64,000 nucleotides of DNA from Thermoplasmata archaeon (lineage in GTDB: Archaea; Thermoplasmatota; Thermoplasmata; Lutacidiplasmatales; UBA184): positions 4,457 through 68,456 of the forward strand of contig JAKIVR010000003.1 in NCBI GenBank assembly GCA_022750455.1, in the 5' to 3' direction. This document shows positions 18,974-27,634 of the stretch, in pieces. The position numbers and the translations under genes were made by a program. Below the pieces are notes generated by a model that worked only from the letters and a program-made list of their open reading frames with translations, did no database searches and was not told the origin of the DNA. The stretch's first letter is position 1. Each line of letters opens with the position of its first letter.

Positions 18974-20602
18974 GTGGGACGGGCATCGTCGGGAGCTGGG
19001 TGGGGAGCTACGAGGAGTCGCTCTCGGACCCTGACCGCGCTGTCGATCGCGCTCGTCCTGGTCCTCGTGGTCGGTCTCGGTCTCCCATCCAGTGGTGGGG
19101 ACCGCTCGGTTCGATCGGGGAGCTCCCCCTCCACCTTCTCGGAAGTTCACGCGGAGAGTTCGACCTTGGCCGCTCGCTTCGTCCCTTCCTCGTGGACGGG
19201 GAAGGGCCCTTCTAACACCGTCCCGGTGGCCTCTTCACCGGAATCCCGAACCAACGTGCAGCCAACCGTGGAGCTCCGACCGACCTTCGGGGTTCGAACG
19301 CATAGTGGTCCGTTGGCGATCCTGCTGACCGCCAGCGCGTTGAACGATGACATCGGCCACAGCTTCCACGTGACCGCCCTGGTCTCGGGCGGGACCGGGC
19401 CGTACAACTACACCTGGTCGGACAACGCCTCGGGGTTCCTCTTGGCGAACGTGTCGTATGCCTCCACCTACGTCGACTCGCCGTACATCGACGGTCCGAA
19501 TGTGGTTTCGGTCGTCGTGCGCGACACGGCCGACGCGAACATCAGCTCCAACGTGACCGTGTACGTCTCGCCACCCCTCGATGCAGCCCCCTACTACCTC
19601 GGGCCCGGAGGGATCGAAGTGTTCTCGCCGCTATACACCGACGTGGGACAGAGCCTCACGTTCTATCCAAATCTCTTCGGCGGCTTGCCCCCGTACACGT
19701 ACCTCTGGACGTTCGGGGACCCGACGGGACCGTTGACCACCCCGAACGGGACCCACGTCTACAACGCGCCGGGTAACTACACGGTCCGACTCCAAGTGAC
19801 GGACTGGACCGGGGCGACGATCAACGCGACGACCGAAGTCTTCGCGAACGCGACGCCCACCGGGCGTCTCGGGTTCCCTTCGGCGACCGACTCCGGGGTC
19901 GCCGAGGAGTTCAAGCTCGCCGCGCTGAACGGGACCCCCCCATTCCTCTACACGCTCCAGTTCGGTGACGGCAACAGCTCGTCGGGCACGATCGGACTGG
20001 GCCGAACCGCCCCGCTCGTGGTCCACCCGTACTACCTGACCGGCGTGCTGACGGTCCGATTGACCCTCGAGGACGCGGTCGGGTCGTTCCTGAACCAGTC
20101 GTGGGAGATCTCGATCGCGCCCCCCCCCTCGGTGACCAGCATCGGGCCTCCGGGGCCGCTCCAACCCGGCGACTCCGCCCCGTTCCTCGTGAACGTGACC
20201 GGGGGGACCCAACCGTTCCGATATCTCTGGTCGTTCGGCGACGGCGCGGACGGCACCGGCCCCTCCGTCACCCACAGCTATCTGACGGCGGGCTCGTACA
20301 ATGTCGTCGTCAGCGTCACGGACGCTGCCAACTACACCGCCGTCGGATACGTCCTCGTCGTGGTCAACCCGACCCCCGCGCCGAACGCGGGGCTCATCGG
20401 GGCCGCCGAGACGGCCGTTCCCGCGTTCCTCGTCGGCCTCGTGGCCGGGATGTTGATCATGGTCCTCGAGGCCCGCTCCCGCCAGCGGCGGCAGCACCCC
20501 GAGACCCCGGAACCCGTGAAGGAAGATCCGTTCCGGATCGGGCCCCCGAGGTCACCGCCGGCGCTCGAGGCCGGACCCGACGAGACTCCCCCCCTCGAAT
20601 AG
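18974..20602 (+). CDS. surface protein with four PKD domains and C-terminal TM anchor
   Basis: N-terminal helix LTALSIALVLVLVVGLGL. PKD signatures YNYTWSDN, YTYLWTFGDPTG...GNYTVRLQVTD, LYTLQFGDGNSS, FRYLWSFGDGADG...GSYNVVVSVTD. C-terminal helix LVGLVAGMLIMVL plus tail. Confidence 0.75.
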   Translation: MGRASSGAGWGATRSRSRTLTALSIALVLVLVVGLGLPSSGGDRSVRSGSSPSTFSEVHAESSTLAARFVPSSWTGKGPSNTVPVASSPESRTNVQPTVELRPTFGVRTHSGPLAILLTASALNDDIGHSFHVTALVSGGTGPYNYTWSDNASGFLLANVSYASTYVDSPYIDGPNVVSVVVRDTADANISSNVTVYVSPPLDAAPYYLGPGGIEVFSPLYTDVGQSLTFYPNLFGGLPPYTYLWTFGDPTGPLTTPNGTHVYNAPGNYTVRLQVTDWTGATINATTEVFANATPTGRLGFPSATDSGVAEEFKLAALNGTPPFLYTLQFGDGNSSSGTIGLGRTAPLVVHPYYLTGVLTVRLTLEDAVGSFLNQSWEISIAPPPSVTSIGPPGPLQPGDSAPFLVNVTGGTQPFRYLWSFGDGADGTGPSVTHSYLTAGSYNVVVSVTDAANYTAVGYVLVVVNPTPAPNAGLIGAAETAVPAFLVGLVAGMLIMVLEARSRQRRQHPETPEPVKEDPFRIGPPRSPPALEAGPDETPPLE

Positions 20603-20616
20603 GGGGCTCACGCCGC

Positions 20617-20826
20617 CTACGGCTCGGCGGCGGCGCCCACGGTCACGGGCGCGTCGAGGGCGATATCGCCCGAGCGACGGCGGCGGCGCTCCCGGCGCAA
20701 GGCGGCGATCTCCCGATCCAGCTCGCGGAGCTCTTTGGCGGCCCGTCGGAGCCGGTGCCGGGCAATCGTCTCCAACGTGTCGATCTCTCGGTCCAGCACC
20801 TCGTCGGACCCACGGAACTCCGACAT
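20617..20826 (-). CDS. small coiled-coil protein (69 aa), speculative
   Basis: Internal ATG of a longer spurious ORF. Protein MSEFRGSDEVLDREIDTLETIARHRLRRAAKELRELDREIAALRRER... has heptad-like charge periodicity. No homolog recognised. Confidence 0.3.
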   Translation of the reverse strand: MSEFRGSDEVLDREIDTLETIARHRLRRAAKELRELDREIAALRRERRRRRSGDIALDAPVTVGAAAEP

Positions 20827-20879
20827 GGACCGCCTGGGATGGCTCACCGAAAGTGGGGCGGATAGTCCCGGGAGACGGG

Positions 20880-22400
20880 TTACGGGGACTCCTCGATCTG
20901 GGCCTTCTGCAGGCGGTTGGAGAAGTCGATGAAGACCGTCTTGAGCTCGGTGAACTCCTCGATGGCGACGCTGCCGGCCTCCCGACCGCCGTTGCCGGTG
21001 TTCTTGATGCCCCCGAACGGCAGCTGTACCTCCGCCCCGATCGTCGGGGCGTTCACGTAGGTGATGCCGGCCTCCAGGTCGTCCATGGAGCGGAACGCCA
21101 GATTGACGTTCTGCGTGTAGATCGACGAGGAGAGTCCGTAGTCGACGCCGTTGGCGATGCGGACCGCCTCCTCGTAGTCCCGGAACCGGATCACCGACAG
21201 CACCGGTCCAAAGATCTCCTCGAGGGAGAGTCGGGAGCCGTGCTGGACCGAGAAGATCGTCGGGGCGATGAAGTGACCGCGATCGTAGACGCCGCCGGTC
21301 AACTTCTGGCCTCCACAGAGGAGCTTCGCCCCTTCCGCCTTGCCGATCTCGATGTACTCGAGGATCTTCTGCTCCTGGTCGGCGGAGGCGACGGGCCCCA
21401 TGTCGATGGCGGGGTCCAGCGGGTCCCCGACCTTGAACGTCTTCACGCGCTCCAGGAGCTTCGCCAGGAACTGGTCGTGGATCGAATCCTGGAGCAGGAG
21501 ACGGCTCGTGGCGGTGCACCGTTGACCGGCCGTGCCGAAGGCGCCGAAGAGGACGCCGTCCAAGGCGAGGTCGAGGTTGGCGTCGCCCATCACGATCATC
21601 GGGTTCTTTCCGCCGAGCTCGAGGTGCACCATCTTGAGGTGCTGCGCGCCCCGAACGTTGACCTGTCGCCCCGTGTCGACGCCCCCCGTGAAGGAGACCG
21701 CTCGGACCCGTGGGTCGTCGATCAGGGCGTTTCCGACCGTCGCTCCGGCGCCGGTCACGAGGTTGAGGACCCCGGGGGGAAACCCGACCTCGTGGTACGC
21801 ACGGACGATCTCGGCCGCACAGCCCGCCGTGTTGGACGCCGGCTTCAGCACCACGGAGTTGCCGGCCACCAGGGCCGCGGCGATCTTCCAGTTCGGGATC
21901 GCCGTGGGAAAGTTCCACGGGGTGATGCTGGCGATGACGCCCTTCGGTTGGCGCACAGTGAGGCAGAACTTGTGGTGGAGTTCCGACGGAACCGTCTCCC
22001 CCGCGAGGCGGCGCCCTTCGGAGGCGATGTAGTCGACGAAGTCGATCGACTCCTGCACGTCCCCCAAGCCCTCCTCGATGACCTTGCCCATCTCTTCGGT
22101 CACGAGACGCCCGAGCTCCGGCTTACGGCGCCGGAGAACGTCGGCGACCTGCCGGAGGAGTTCCCCTCGGTGGGGGGCGGGGGTGTCCCGCCACGCCGGG
22201 AACGCCTGCGCCGCGGCCGTGACCGCGCGAGTGGCATCCTCGGCGGTCGCCGAGACGAAGCTCCCCACGAGGGCGCCGGTGGCCGGGTTCTTCGTTTGAA
22301 ATCGAGGGGCGTTCGGAGGCGATTCCCAGGTCCCATGGATGTAGAGTCCGTACTCGGTTGCTGTCAAAGTTCGCACCAGCTCTCTGGAGGGGCTCGACAC
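20880..22400 (-). CDS. NAD(P)+-dependent aldehyde dehydrogenase
   Basis: ALDH family hallmarks: catalytic Glu in ELGGKNP, catalytic Cys in GQRCTA, GxxxxG NAD fold FTGGVDTG, length 506 aa. GTG start. Confidence 0.9.
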   Translation of the reverse strand: MSSPSRELVRTLTATEYGLYIHGTWESPPNAPRFQTKNPATGALVGSFVSATAEDATRAVTAAAQAFPAWRDTPAPHRGELLRQVADVLRRRKPELGRLVTEEMGKVIEEGLGDVQESIDFVDYIASEGRRLAGETVPSELHHKFCLTVRQPKGVIASITPWNFPTAIPNWKIAAALVAGNSVVLKPASNTAGCAAEIVRAYHEVGFPPGVLNLVTGAGATVGNALIDDPRVRAVSFTGGVDTGRQVNVRGAQHLKMVHLELGGKNPMIVMGDANLDLALDGVLFGAFGTAGQRCTATSRLLLQDSIHDQFLAKLLERVKTFKVGDPLDPAIDMGPVASADQEQKILEYIEIGKAEGAKLLCGGQKLTGGVYDRGHFIAPTIFSVQHGSRLSLEEIFGPVLSVIRFRDYEEAVRIANGVDYGLSSSIYTQNVNLAFRSMDDLEAGITYVNAPTIGAEVQLPFGGIKNTGNGGREAGSVAIEEFTELKTVFIDFSNRLQKAQIEESP

Positions 22401-22460
22401 TCTCGGGCCTCAATAAGGAGTCGCCGTCCCGGGGGCCGCACCGGCCGGGTAAGCCGCAGG

Positions 22461-22468
22461 ATTTAAGG
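22461..22468 (+). promoter_or_regulatory. TATA box (ATTTAAGG) for the leaderless aaRS transcript
   Basis: AT-rich octamer in GC-rich context, ~25 nt upstream of the GTG at 22490. Confidence 0.5.
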
Positions 22469-22489
22469 GACGGTCGGGGTAGTTGGGCC

Positions 22490-24004
22490 GTGCCGAACCG
22501 ACTGCGAGCCGAGGTCCTGCTCAGTTCCGCGCCCGAGGGCGGCCGAGCGGCGCTCGAGCCGATCGTCACGGCCCTCGCGAACGAGGCGATCGAGAAGACG
22601 CTGAACCGACGAGGCGGAGGTCGCGTCGTCGAATGGGAGCTCGCGGGTCCGACGTTGTCGATCACGATCGAAGCCCCCGAGGCCCGCCCGCACGGCACCC
22701 TCCTCGCATTCTCCCGCCGGCTCGGGGAAGAGCTCGGCCGGGCCCAGAAGATCGGGGTGCGATCCCTCCGGGCCCCGGAGTACCGCCTCGAGTTCATCCT
22801 CGCCGTCCTCCCGACGACCCCGGTATCGATCCCGATCCCCCACACCCTCACGCTGGACGGTGACCGGGCGACCCTGACGCTCCTCGACCTCGACGAGACC
22901 GCGCTTCGGGAGAACTGGGCGGACCGCGCAGTCAAACTGTTGGAGGAGAAGATCCGCCGACAATCGTACGCCGGCAAGGAGCAGTACTGGACGCTGCTTC
23001 GAGCTCCGATCGCTCGCGAACCGAAGTTCCTCCAGGACCCGACCGAGGCGATGATCAAGCGGCAGTGGGTGCGGGGAGGCCCGACGAAGGGGAAGTGGTT
23101 CCTCGGCCCGTCCGCGGCCCACCTCCTCCGGACGATGGAGCGGATCGCCCGCGAGGAGGTGCTGCTGCCCCTCGGATTCCGCGAGGTCGTGCAGCCCCAT
23201 CACGACTCGTTCGAGACCCTCCTCAAGACCGGCCATCTCGAAGGGTTGCCCGGGGAGTTCTACTACGTCGTCGAACCGAAGAGCCGGGACCCGGCCGTCT
23301 GGGAGCGGTTCACCGACCTCGTGAAGATCACCCAGGCGGTTCCGACCGAGGAGCTGGCCCGGCTCGTCACGGGCCCGACGGCCGTCCTCTGCTACGCCCA
23401 GTGTCCGACGACGTACTGGTGGCTCTCCGGGCGCACCCTCGCGACCGACAGCCTCCCCCTCTTGGTCTTCGACCGGGCGGCCGTCTCCAACCGGTACGAG
23501 AGCGGTGGGCGCCACGGGCTGGAGCGCGTCGACGAGTTCCACCGGATCGAGCCCGTATACCTCGGAACGCCGGAGCAGCTGGTCGCGCTCCGCGAGCGCC
23601 TTCTCGAGAGGTACATCCACGTCTTCGACAAGATCCTCGAACTCGAGTGGCGCACCGCCTGGGTGACGCCGTTCTTCATGCAGCAGGCCGGGGTCATCGC
23701 GTCGGACGATCCCCACCAACGGATCCAGGGGACCATCGATTTCGAGGCGTGGCTTCCGTACCGCGGCACCCGGGAGGGCTCGGAGTGGCTCGAGTTCCAG
23801 AACCTCTCCATCGTCGGGGACAAGTACACGAAGGCGTTCACGATCAAGACGCAGAAGGGCGAGCTGTGGAGCGGCTGCACGGGCATCGGGCTTGAGCGAT
23901 GGATGGTGGCGTTCCTCGCCCAGAAAGGCCTCGATGTGGATGGCTGGCCGGACGGATTCCGCCGCTATGCGGAGCCCCTCCCGAACGAACTCCACTTCCT
24001 CTAG
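22490..24004 (+). CDS. class IIc aminoacyl-tRNA synthetase, phenylalanyl-tRNA synthetase alpha-subunit-like (divergent)
   Basis: Motif 1-like HLLRTMERIAREEVLLPLGF. Motif 2 NRYESGGRHGLERVDEFHRIE (FRxE...EFHxxE). Motif 3 GCTGIGLERWMVAF (GxGxGLER). ~250-aa N-terminal extension as in archaeal/eukaryal PheS. GTG start at 22490, in frame with the track ORF from 22358 (whose 5' end overlaps the divergent ALDH gene, which ends at 22400). TATA ATTTAAGG at 22461-22468. Confidence 0.6.
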   Translation: MPNRLRAEVLLSSAPEGGRAALEPIVTALANEAIEKTLNRRGGGRVVEWELAGPTLSITIEAPEARPHGTLLAFSRRLGEELGRAQKIGVRSLRAPEYRLEFILAVLPTTPVSIPIPHTLTLDGDRATLTLLDLDETALRENWADRAVKLLEEKIRRQSYAGKEQYWTLLRAPIAREPKFLQDPTEAMIKRQWVRGGPTKGKWFLGPSAAHLLRTMERIAREEVLLPLGFREVVQPHHDSFETLLKTGHLEGLPGEFYYVVEPKSRDPAVWERFTDLVKITQAVPTEELARLVTGPTAVLCYAQCPTTYWWLSGRTLATDSLPLLVFDRAAVSNRYESGGRHGLERVDEFHRIEPVYLGTPEQLVALRERLLERYIHVFDKILELEWRTAWVTPFFMQQAGVIASDDPHQRIQGTIDFEAWLPYRGTREGSEWLEFQNLSIVGDKYTKAFTIKTQKGELWSGCTGIGLERWMVAFLAQKGLDVDGWPDGFRRYAEPLPNELHFL

Positions 24005-24067
24005 GGCCGCGTCCCCTCGACGCCATCGATAAGGCCGAGGTCGGGTCCGGAGCAACTCGGAGGACGC

Positions 24068-25807
24068 ATGGCGCAGAGGCGATTGGACGAGTTCTCCGCC
24101 GCCCCGGACGGGGCCCCGATCCGCCTCCCGCCGCCTCCCCGTCCGGACCAGCTCCCGGGGATCTGGCAGGTCGACGACGGATACATCCGGCATCCCCTGA
24201 TCGAGCCGCGAACGCTCCTCGCCCGTCCGTTCCAGCTGGATCTCGCGCGCATCGGCGTCGCCGAAGACCTTCTCCTCGTGTTGCCGACCGGGATGGGCAA
24301 GACCGTGATCGCCGCGTTGGTGGCGGCGGAGGTGCTCCGACGGGGGACCGGTAAGATCCTGTTCGTCGCCCCCACCCGTCCCCTCGTCGATCAGCACGCC
24401 GATTCGTTCGCGAAGTGGCTCGGGCCGACGCGACGGGCCCGTTTCATGGGCAGCGTCCGGGCGCCCGTCCGGGAGGGCTCCTGGGAGGGCGCTGAGGTCG
24501 TCTTCGCCACCCCCCAGATCATCGTCGCTGACCTGACGGCGGGGCGGTACGACCTCTCCTCGGTGGCGCTGCTCGTCGTCGATGAGGCGCACCGGGCCGT
24601 GGGGCGCTACGCCTACGTCCCGATCGCCGAACGGTTCCGTTCCGACCGGTCCCCCGGCTCCCGCTTGCTCGCCCTGACCGCCTCCCCCGGGGGCGAACTC
24701 GAGCGGATCGAGGGCGTCGTGGCGACCCTCGGGGTGACCCGGGTCGAAGCGCGCCACCGGACCGACGAAGGGGTCCAGGAGTTCGTTCCGGAGGTCAAGG
24801 TCGAGACGGAGTGGGTCCAGCTCACGGGGGTCTCTCAGCAGCTCCAAGACTCGCTCCGCCAGGCGATCCATGACGAGGGGGTTCGACTGCAGCGGATGGG
24901 GTTCCTTCGCCGACGCCCCCTGACCTCGCTCACCGTCACGGAGATCCTCCATGTGCGAGCGGAGATCTTCGCCCGGCCCGGTCCGATGGTCCGCAAGTTC
25001 GGGCCGCTGCTCCGGCAACAGGTAATCCTCCACCTCTCCCACGCGATGGAGCGGCTCGAGACCCAGGGGGTCGGTCCGTTCCTCGCCTATCTCGACCGGG
25101 TCGAGGCGAAGCCGAAGAAGAGCCGGGCCGACTCGTCGTTCCTGAAGCGGCCGGAGGTCGTCGCCGCCCGCACCACGGCCGCCGCCTGGCTCGCCGAGAA
25201 CCCGGACGCCTCGCACCCGAAGATCGACGTGCTCCGCCGGCTGGTCGCGGCGGAGCGGGCCGTCCCTCGGGACCGCCTCCCCCGGATCCTCATCTTCGCC
25301 CAGTACCGGGACACCATCGAGAGCATCGTCTCGGCGCTCCAGGTCGAGGGGGTGCGCGTCGAGCGGTTCGTCGGACAGTCGACCCGGGACGCGGGGGACA
25401 AGGGGATGAGCCAAAAGGAGCAGCACCAGGTGCTCGACGACTTCCGGCACGGCCGCTTCGAAGTGATGGTCGCGAGCAGCGTCGCCGAGGAGGGGATCGA
25501 CATCCCGGACGTCGACGTCGTCGTCTTCTTCGAGGCGGTCCCGAGCGAGATCCGGGCGATCCAACGCCGGGGACGGACCGGACGGAACGCCGTCGGACGG
25601 GTCGTGATCCTCCTGACCGAAGGCACCCGGGACATCGGGTATCAGAAGGCCGAGGTCCGCCGGGAGGCCTCCATGGTCCGGGTCATTCGCGGCATTTCGC
25701 GCCGCGGGAGGGCCCGGGCGGCCGCCGACAAGCTCCGGGACGCCGCCGCAGCCAAGGCGGGAGATAAATCCATCGACGGAGCCCCGTTGGAAGAGGAGTC
25801 TAAATAG
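24068..25807 (+). CDS. hef: Hef/FANCM-family DEAH helicase (helicase domains only, no ERCC4 nuclease domain)
   Basis: Motif I LPTGMGKT. Motif II VVDEAH. Motif VI QRRGRTGR. Insert domain between the RecA lobes. Protein ends after the helicase C-terminal domain with a basic tail. Confidence 0.8.
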   Translation: MAQRRLDEFSAAPDGAPIRLPPPPRPDQLPGIWQVDDGYIRHPLIEPRTLLARPFQLDLARIGVAEDLLLVLPTGMGKTVIAALVAAEVLRRGTGKILFVAPTRPLVDQHADSFAKWLGPTRRARFMGSVRAPVREGSWEGAEVVFATPQIIVADLTAGRYDLSSVALLVVDEAHRAVGRYAYVPIAERFRSDRSPGSRLLALTASPGGELERIEGVVATLGVTRVEARHRTDEGVQEFVPEVKVETEWVQLTGVSQQLQDSLRQAIHDEGVRLQRMGFLRRRPLTSLTVTEILHVRAEIFARPGPMVRKFGPLLRQQVILHLSHAMERLETQGVGPFLAYLDRVEAKPKKSRADSSFLKRPEVVAARTTAAAWLAENPDASHPKIDVLRRLVAAERAVPRDRLPRILIFAQYRDTIESIVSALQVEGVRVERFVGQSTRDAGDKGMSQKEQHQVLDDFRHGRFEVMVASSVAEEGIDIPDVDVVVFFEAVPSEIRAIQRRGRTGRNAVGRVVILLTEGTRDIGYQKAEVRREASMVRVIRGISRRGRARAAADKLRDAAAAKAGDKSIDGAPLEEESK

Positions 25808-25835
25808 CCACTTCCGACTCGAACGGCCCAATCCC

Positions 25836-25949
25836 ATGGATTGGCTCCAACTGCTCGCCGCGAACCTCGGTTCGGTGACGTTCACGGTCATTTCGTTGAT
25901 CCTGTTCGCCTACCTCGCCTACGCGATGGCCCGGCCCGAGCGTTTCTAG
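25836..25949 (+). CDS. kdpF: KdpF-like small hydrophobic peptide (37 aa)
   Basis: ATG 25836 to TAG 25947-25949. Sequence MDWLQLLAANLGSVTFTVISLILFAYLAYAMARPERF is a single TM helix. Sits immediately upstream of kdpA. Confidence 0.55.
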   Translation: MDWLQLLAANLGSVTFTVISLILFAYLAYAMARPERF

Positions 25950-25962
25950 GGCAGCGTGGACC

Positions 25963-27633
25963 GTGGTCGAAGTATCCGCTGTCACTGAAGTCCTGCTGTT
26001 CTTTGCCCTCCTGTTGGGCGTCGCGATCCCGTTCGGGTCGTACATGGGTCGGGTGTACACCAACCGACCTATGCTCGGCGACCGGTTCCTCGTGCCGGTC
26101 GAGAGGTGGCTCTACCGGCTGCTCGGCGTCAACCCCCGGGATGCGATGGGGTACCGCGAGTACTCGATCGCGTTCCTCCTCTCCTCGGCGATGATCGCCG
26201 TCTGGACGTTCCTCATCCTCACGTTCCAAGCCTCCCTGTTCCCTGGCCCGGTCCCGTTCACCGCGATGACCTGGGAGACGAACATCCACACGACGGTCAG
26301 CTTCCTCACGGCGACCGACTTCACCCACTTCGCCCCCGAGGTGAACATGACCCAGTGGGGGAACCTGCTCGGCCTCGAGGTCCCGATGTTCTTGGCCCCC
26401 GCGGCCGCGCTCTCCGTCACCGCGGCGTTCGTGCGGGGGTTCATCCGCCACGACGGGCGGCTCGGCAACTTCTACGTCGACATGATCCGGACGACCACCC
26501 GGATCATCATCCCGCTCTCGATCCTCGGAGCGATCGTACTTCTCCTGCTCTCGGTCCCGGCGTCGTACCCGGCGCTCCCGTGGGCCGGTCCCGGCGTCCA
26601 CACCCCCGGATTTCCCGGGCCCGTCGCCGCGATGCAGTCGATCGTCTACGTCGGCAGCAACGGGGGCGGCTGGACGTCGGCGAACGCGGCGTCGGCGCTC
26701 GCGAATCCGTCGATCTGGACCCAGTACATGGGCATGGGGCTGTTCCTGCTCCTGCCGTTCGCCTTCCCGTTCGCCTTCGCGACGATGGTGCGCCGACCGG
26801 GGGAGGCGTGGCCGTACCTGGGGGCCGTGCTGATCACCTTCGCGGTCGGTCTGATCCTGTTCATCTCGTTCGAGGGGGTCGCGAGCCAGGCGGCCGCGGG
26901 GTATCGGTTCGGTCTCGTGCCGGATTCGACGTTCCAGTTCGCCAGCGTCTACTCGAACACGGGGGCGAACAACCTCCAGATCGCCTACGTCTCTCCCATT
27001 CCCCAGATGACGTTGTTATTCGGGATGTTCACCCAAGCGACCCCCGGATCCGACGGGGTCGGGTTCGGTACGCTGCTCGTCTTCGCCCTGCTCGCCGTCT
27101 TCATGGGCGGCCTGATGGTCGGCCGGACCCCGGAGTATCTGGGCAAACACATCAACGTCACCACGATGCGGTGGACCGCTCTCGTCTTACTGTACCATCC
27201 GGCGATGGTGCTCATCCCCACGGCCATCGCGTACCTGGGCGGTTTCGTCCCGCCGGCGGTGGCGTTCGGGAGCTTTCCGGGGTGTGCCTCGGCGACGTGC
27301 ATGAATTCGCACGCCTTCACGACGGTCCTGTACGAGTTCGCCAGCGAGAGCGCCAACAACGGGTCGTCCATGTCGACGTTCAACGACGCCACGCCGTTCT
27401 TCAATCTCATGGGCGCGGCCGTGATCCTGGTGGGCCGGTTCCTCCCGATGCTCGCGATGCTCCGCATCGGCTCGGAGTTCTCGAAGAGCCAACCGATCCC
27501 GCCGGGTCCCGGGACGCTGCAGACGTCGAGCCTGACGTTCATGCTCTATCTCACGGTCCTGCTGATCATCGTCTCGGCGTTGCTCTTCTTGCCGGTGATC
27601 GCGCTGGGCCCGCTCGCCCAGCTCGGAGGGTGA
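25963..27633 (+). CDS. kdpA: potassium-transporting ATPase subunit A
   Basis: 556-aa polytopic protein with KdpA-type organisation. Immediately followed by kdpB. GTG start. Confidence 0.9.
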   Translation: MVEVSAVTEVLLFFALLLGVAIPFGSYMGRVYTNRPMLGDRFLVPVERWLYRLLGVNPRDAMGYREYSIAFLLSSAMIAVWTFLILTFQASLFPGPVPFTAMTWETNIHTTVSFLTATDFTHFAPEVNMTQWGNLLGLEVPMFLAPAAALSVTAAFVRGFIRHDGRLGNFYVDMIRTTTRIIIPLSILGAIVLLLLSVPASYPALPWAGPGVHTPGFPGPVAAMQSIVYVGSNGGGWTSANAASALANPSIWTQYMGMGLFLLLPFAFPFAFATMVRRPGEAWPYLGAVLITFAVGLILFISFEGVASQAAAGYRFGLVPDSTFQFASVYSNTGANNLQIAYVSPIPQMTLLFGMFTQATPGSDGVGFGTLLVFALLAVFMGGLMVGRTPEYLGKHINVTTMRWTALVLLYHPAMVLIPTAIAYLGGFVPPAVAFGSFPGCASATCMNSHAFTTVLYEFASESANNGSSMSTFNDATPFFNLMGAAVILVGRFLPMLAMLRIGSEFSKSQPIPPGPGTLQTSSLTFMLYLTVLLIIVSALLFLPVIALGPLAQLGG

Positions 27634-27634
27634 C

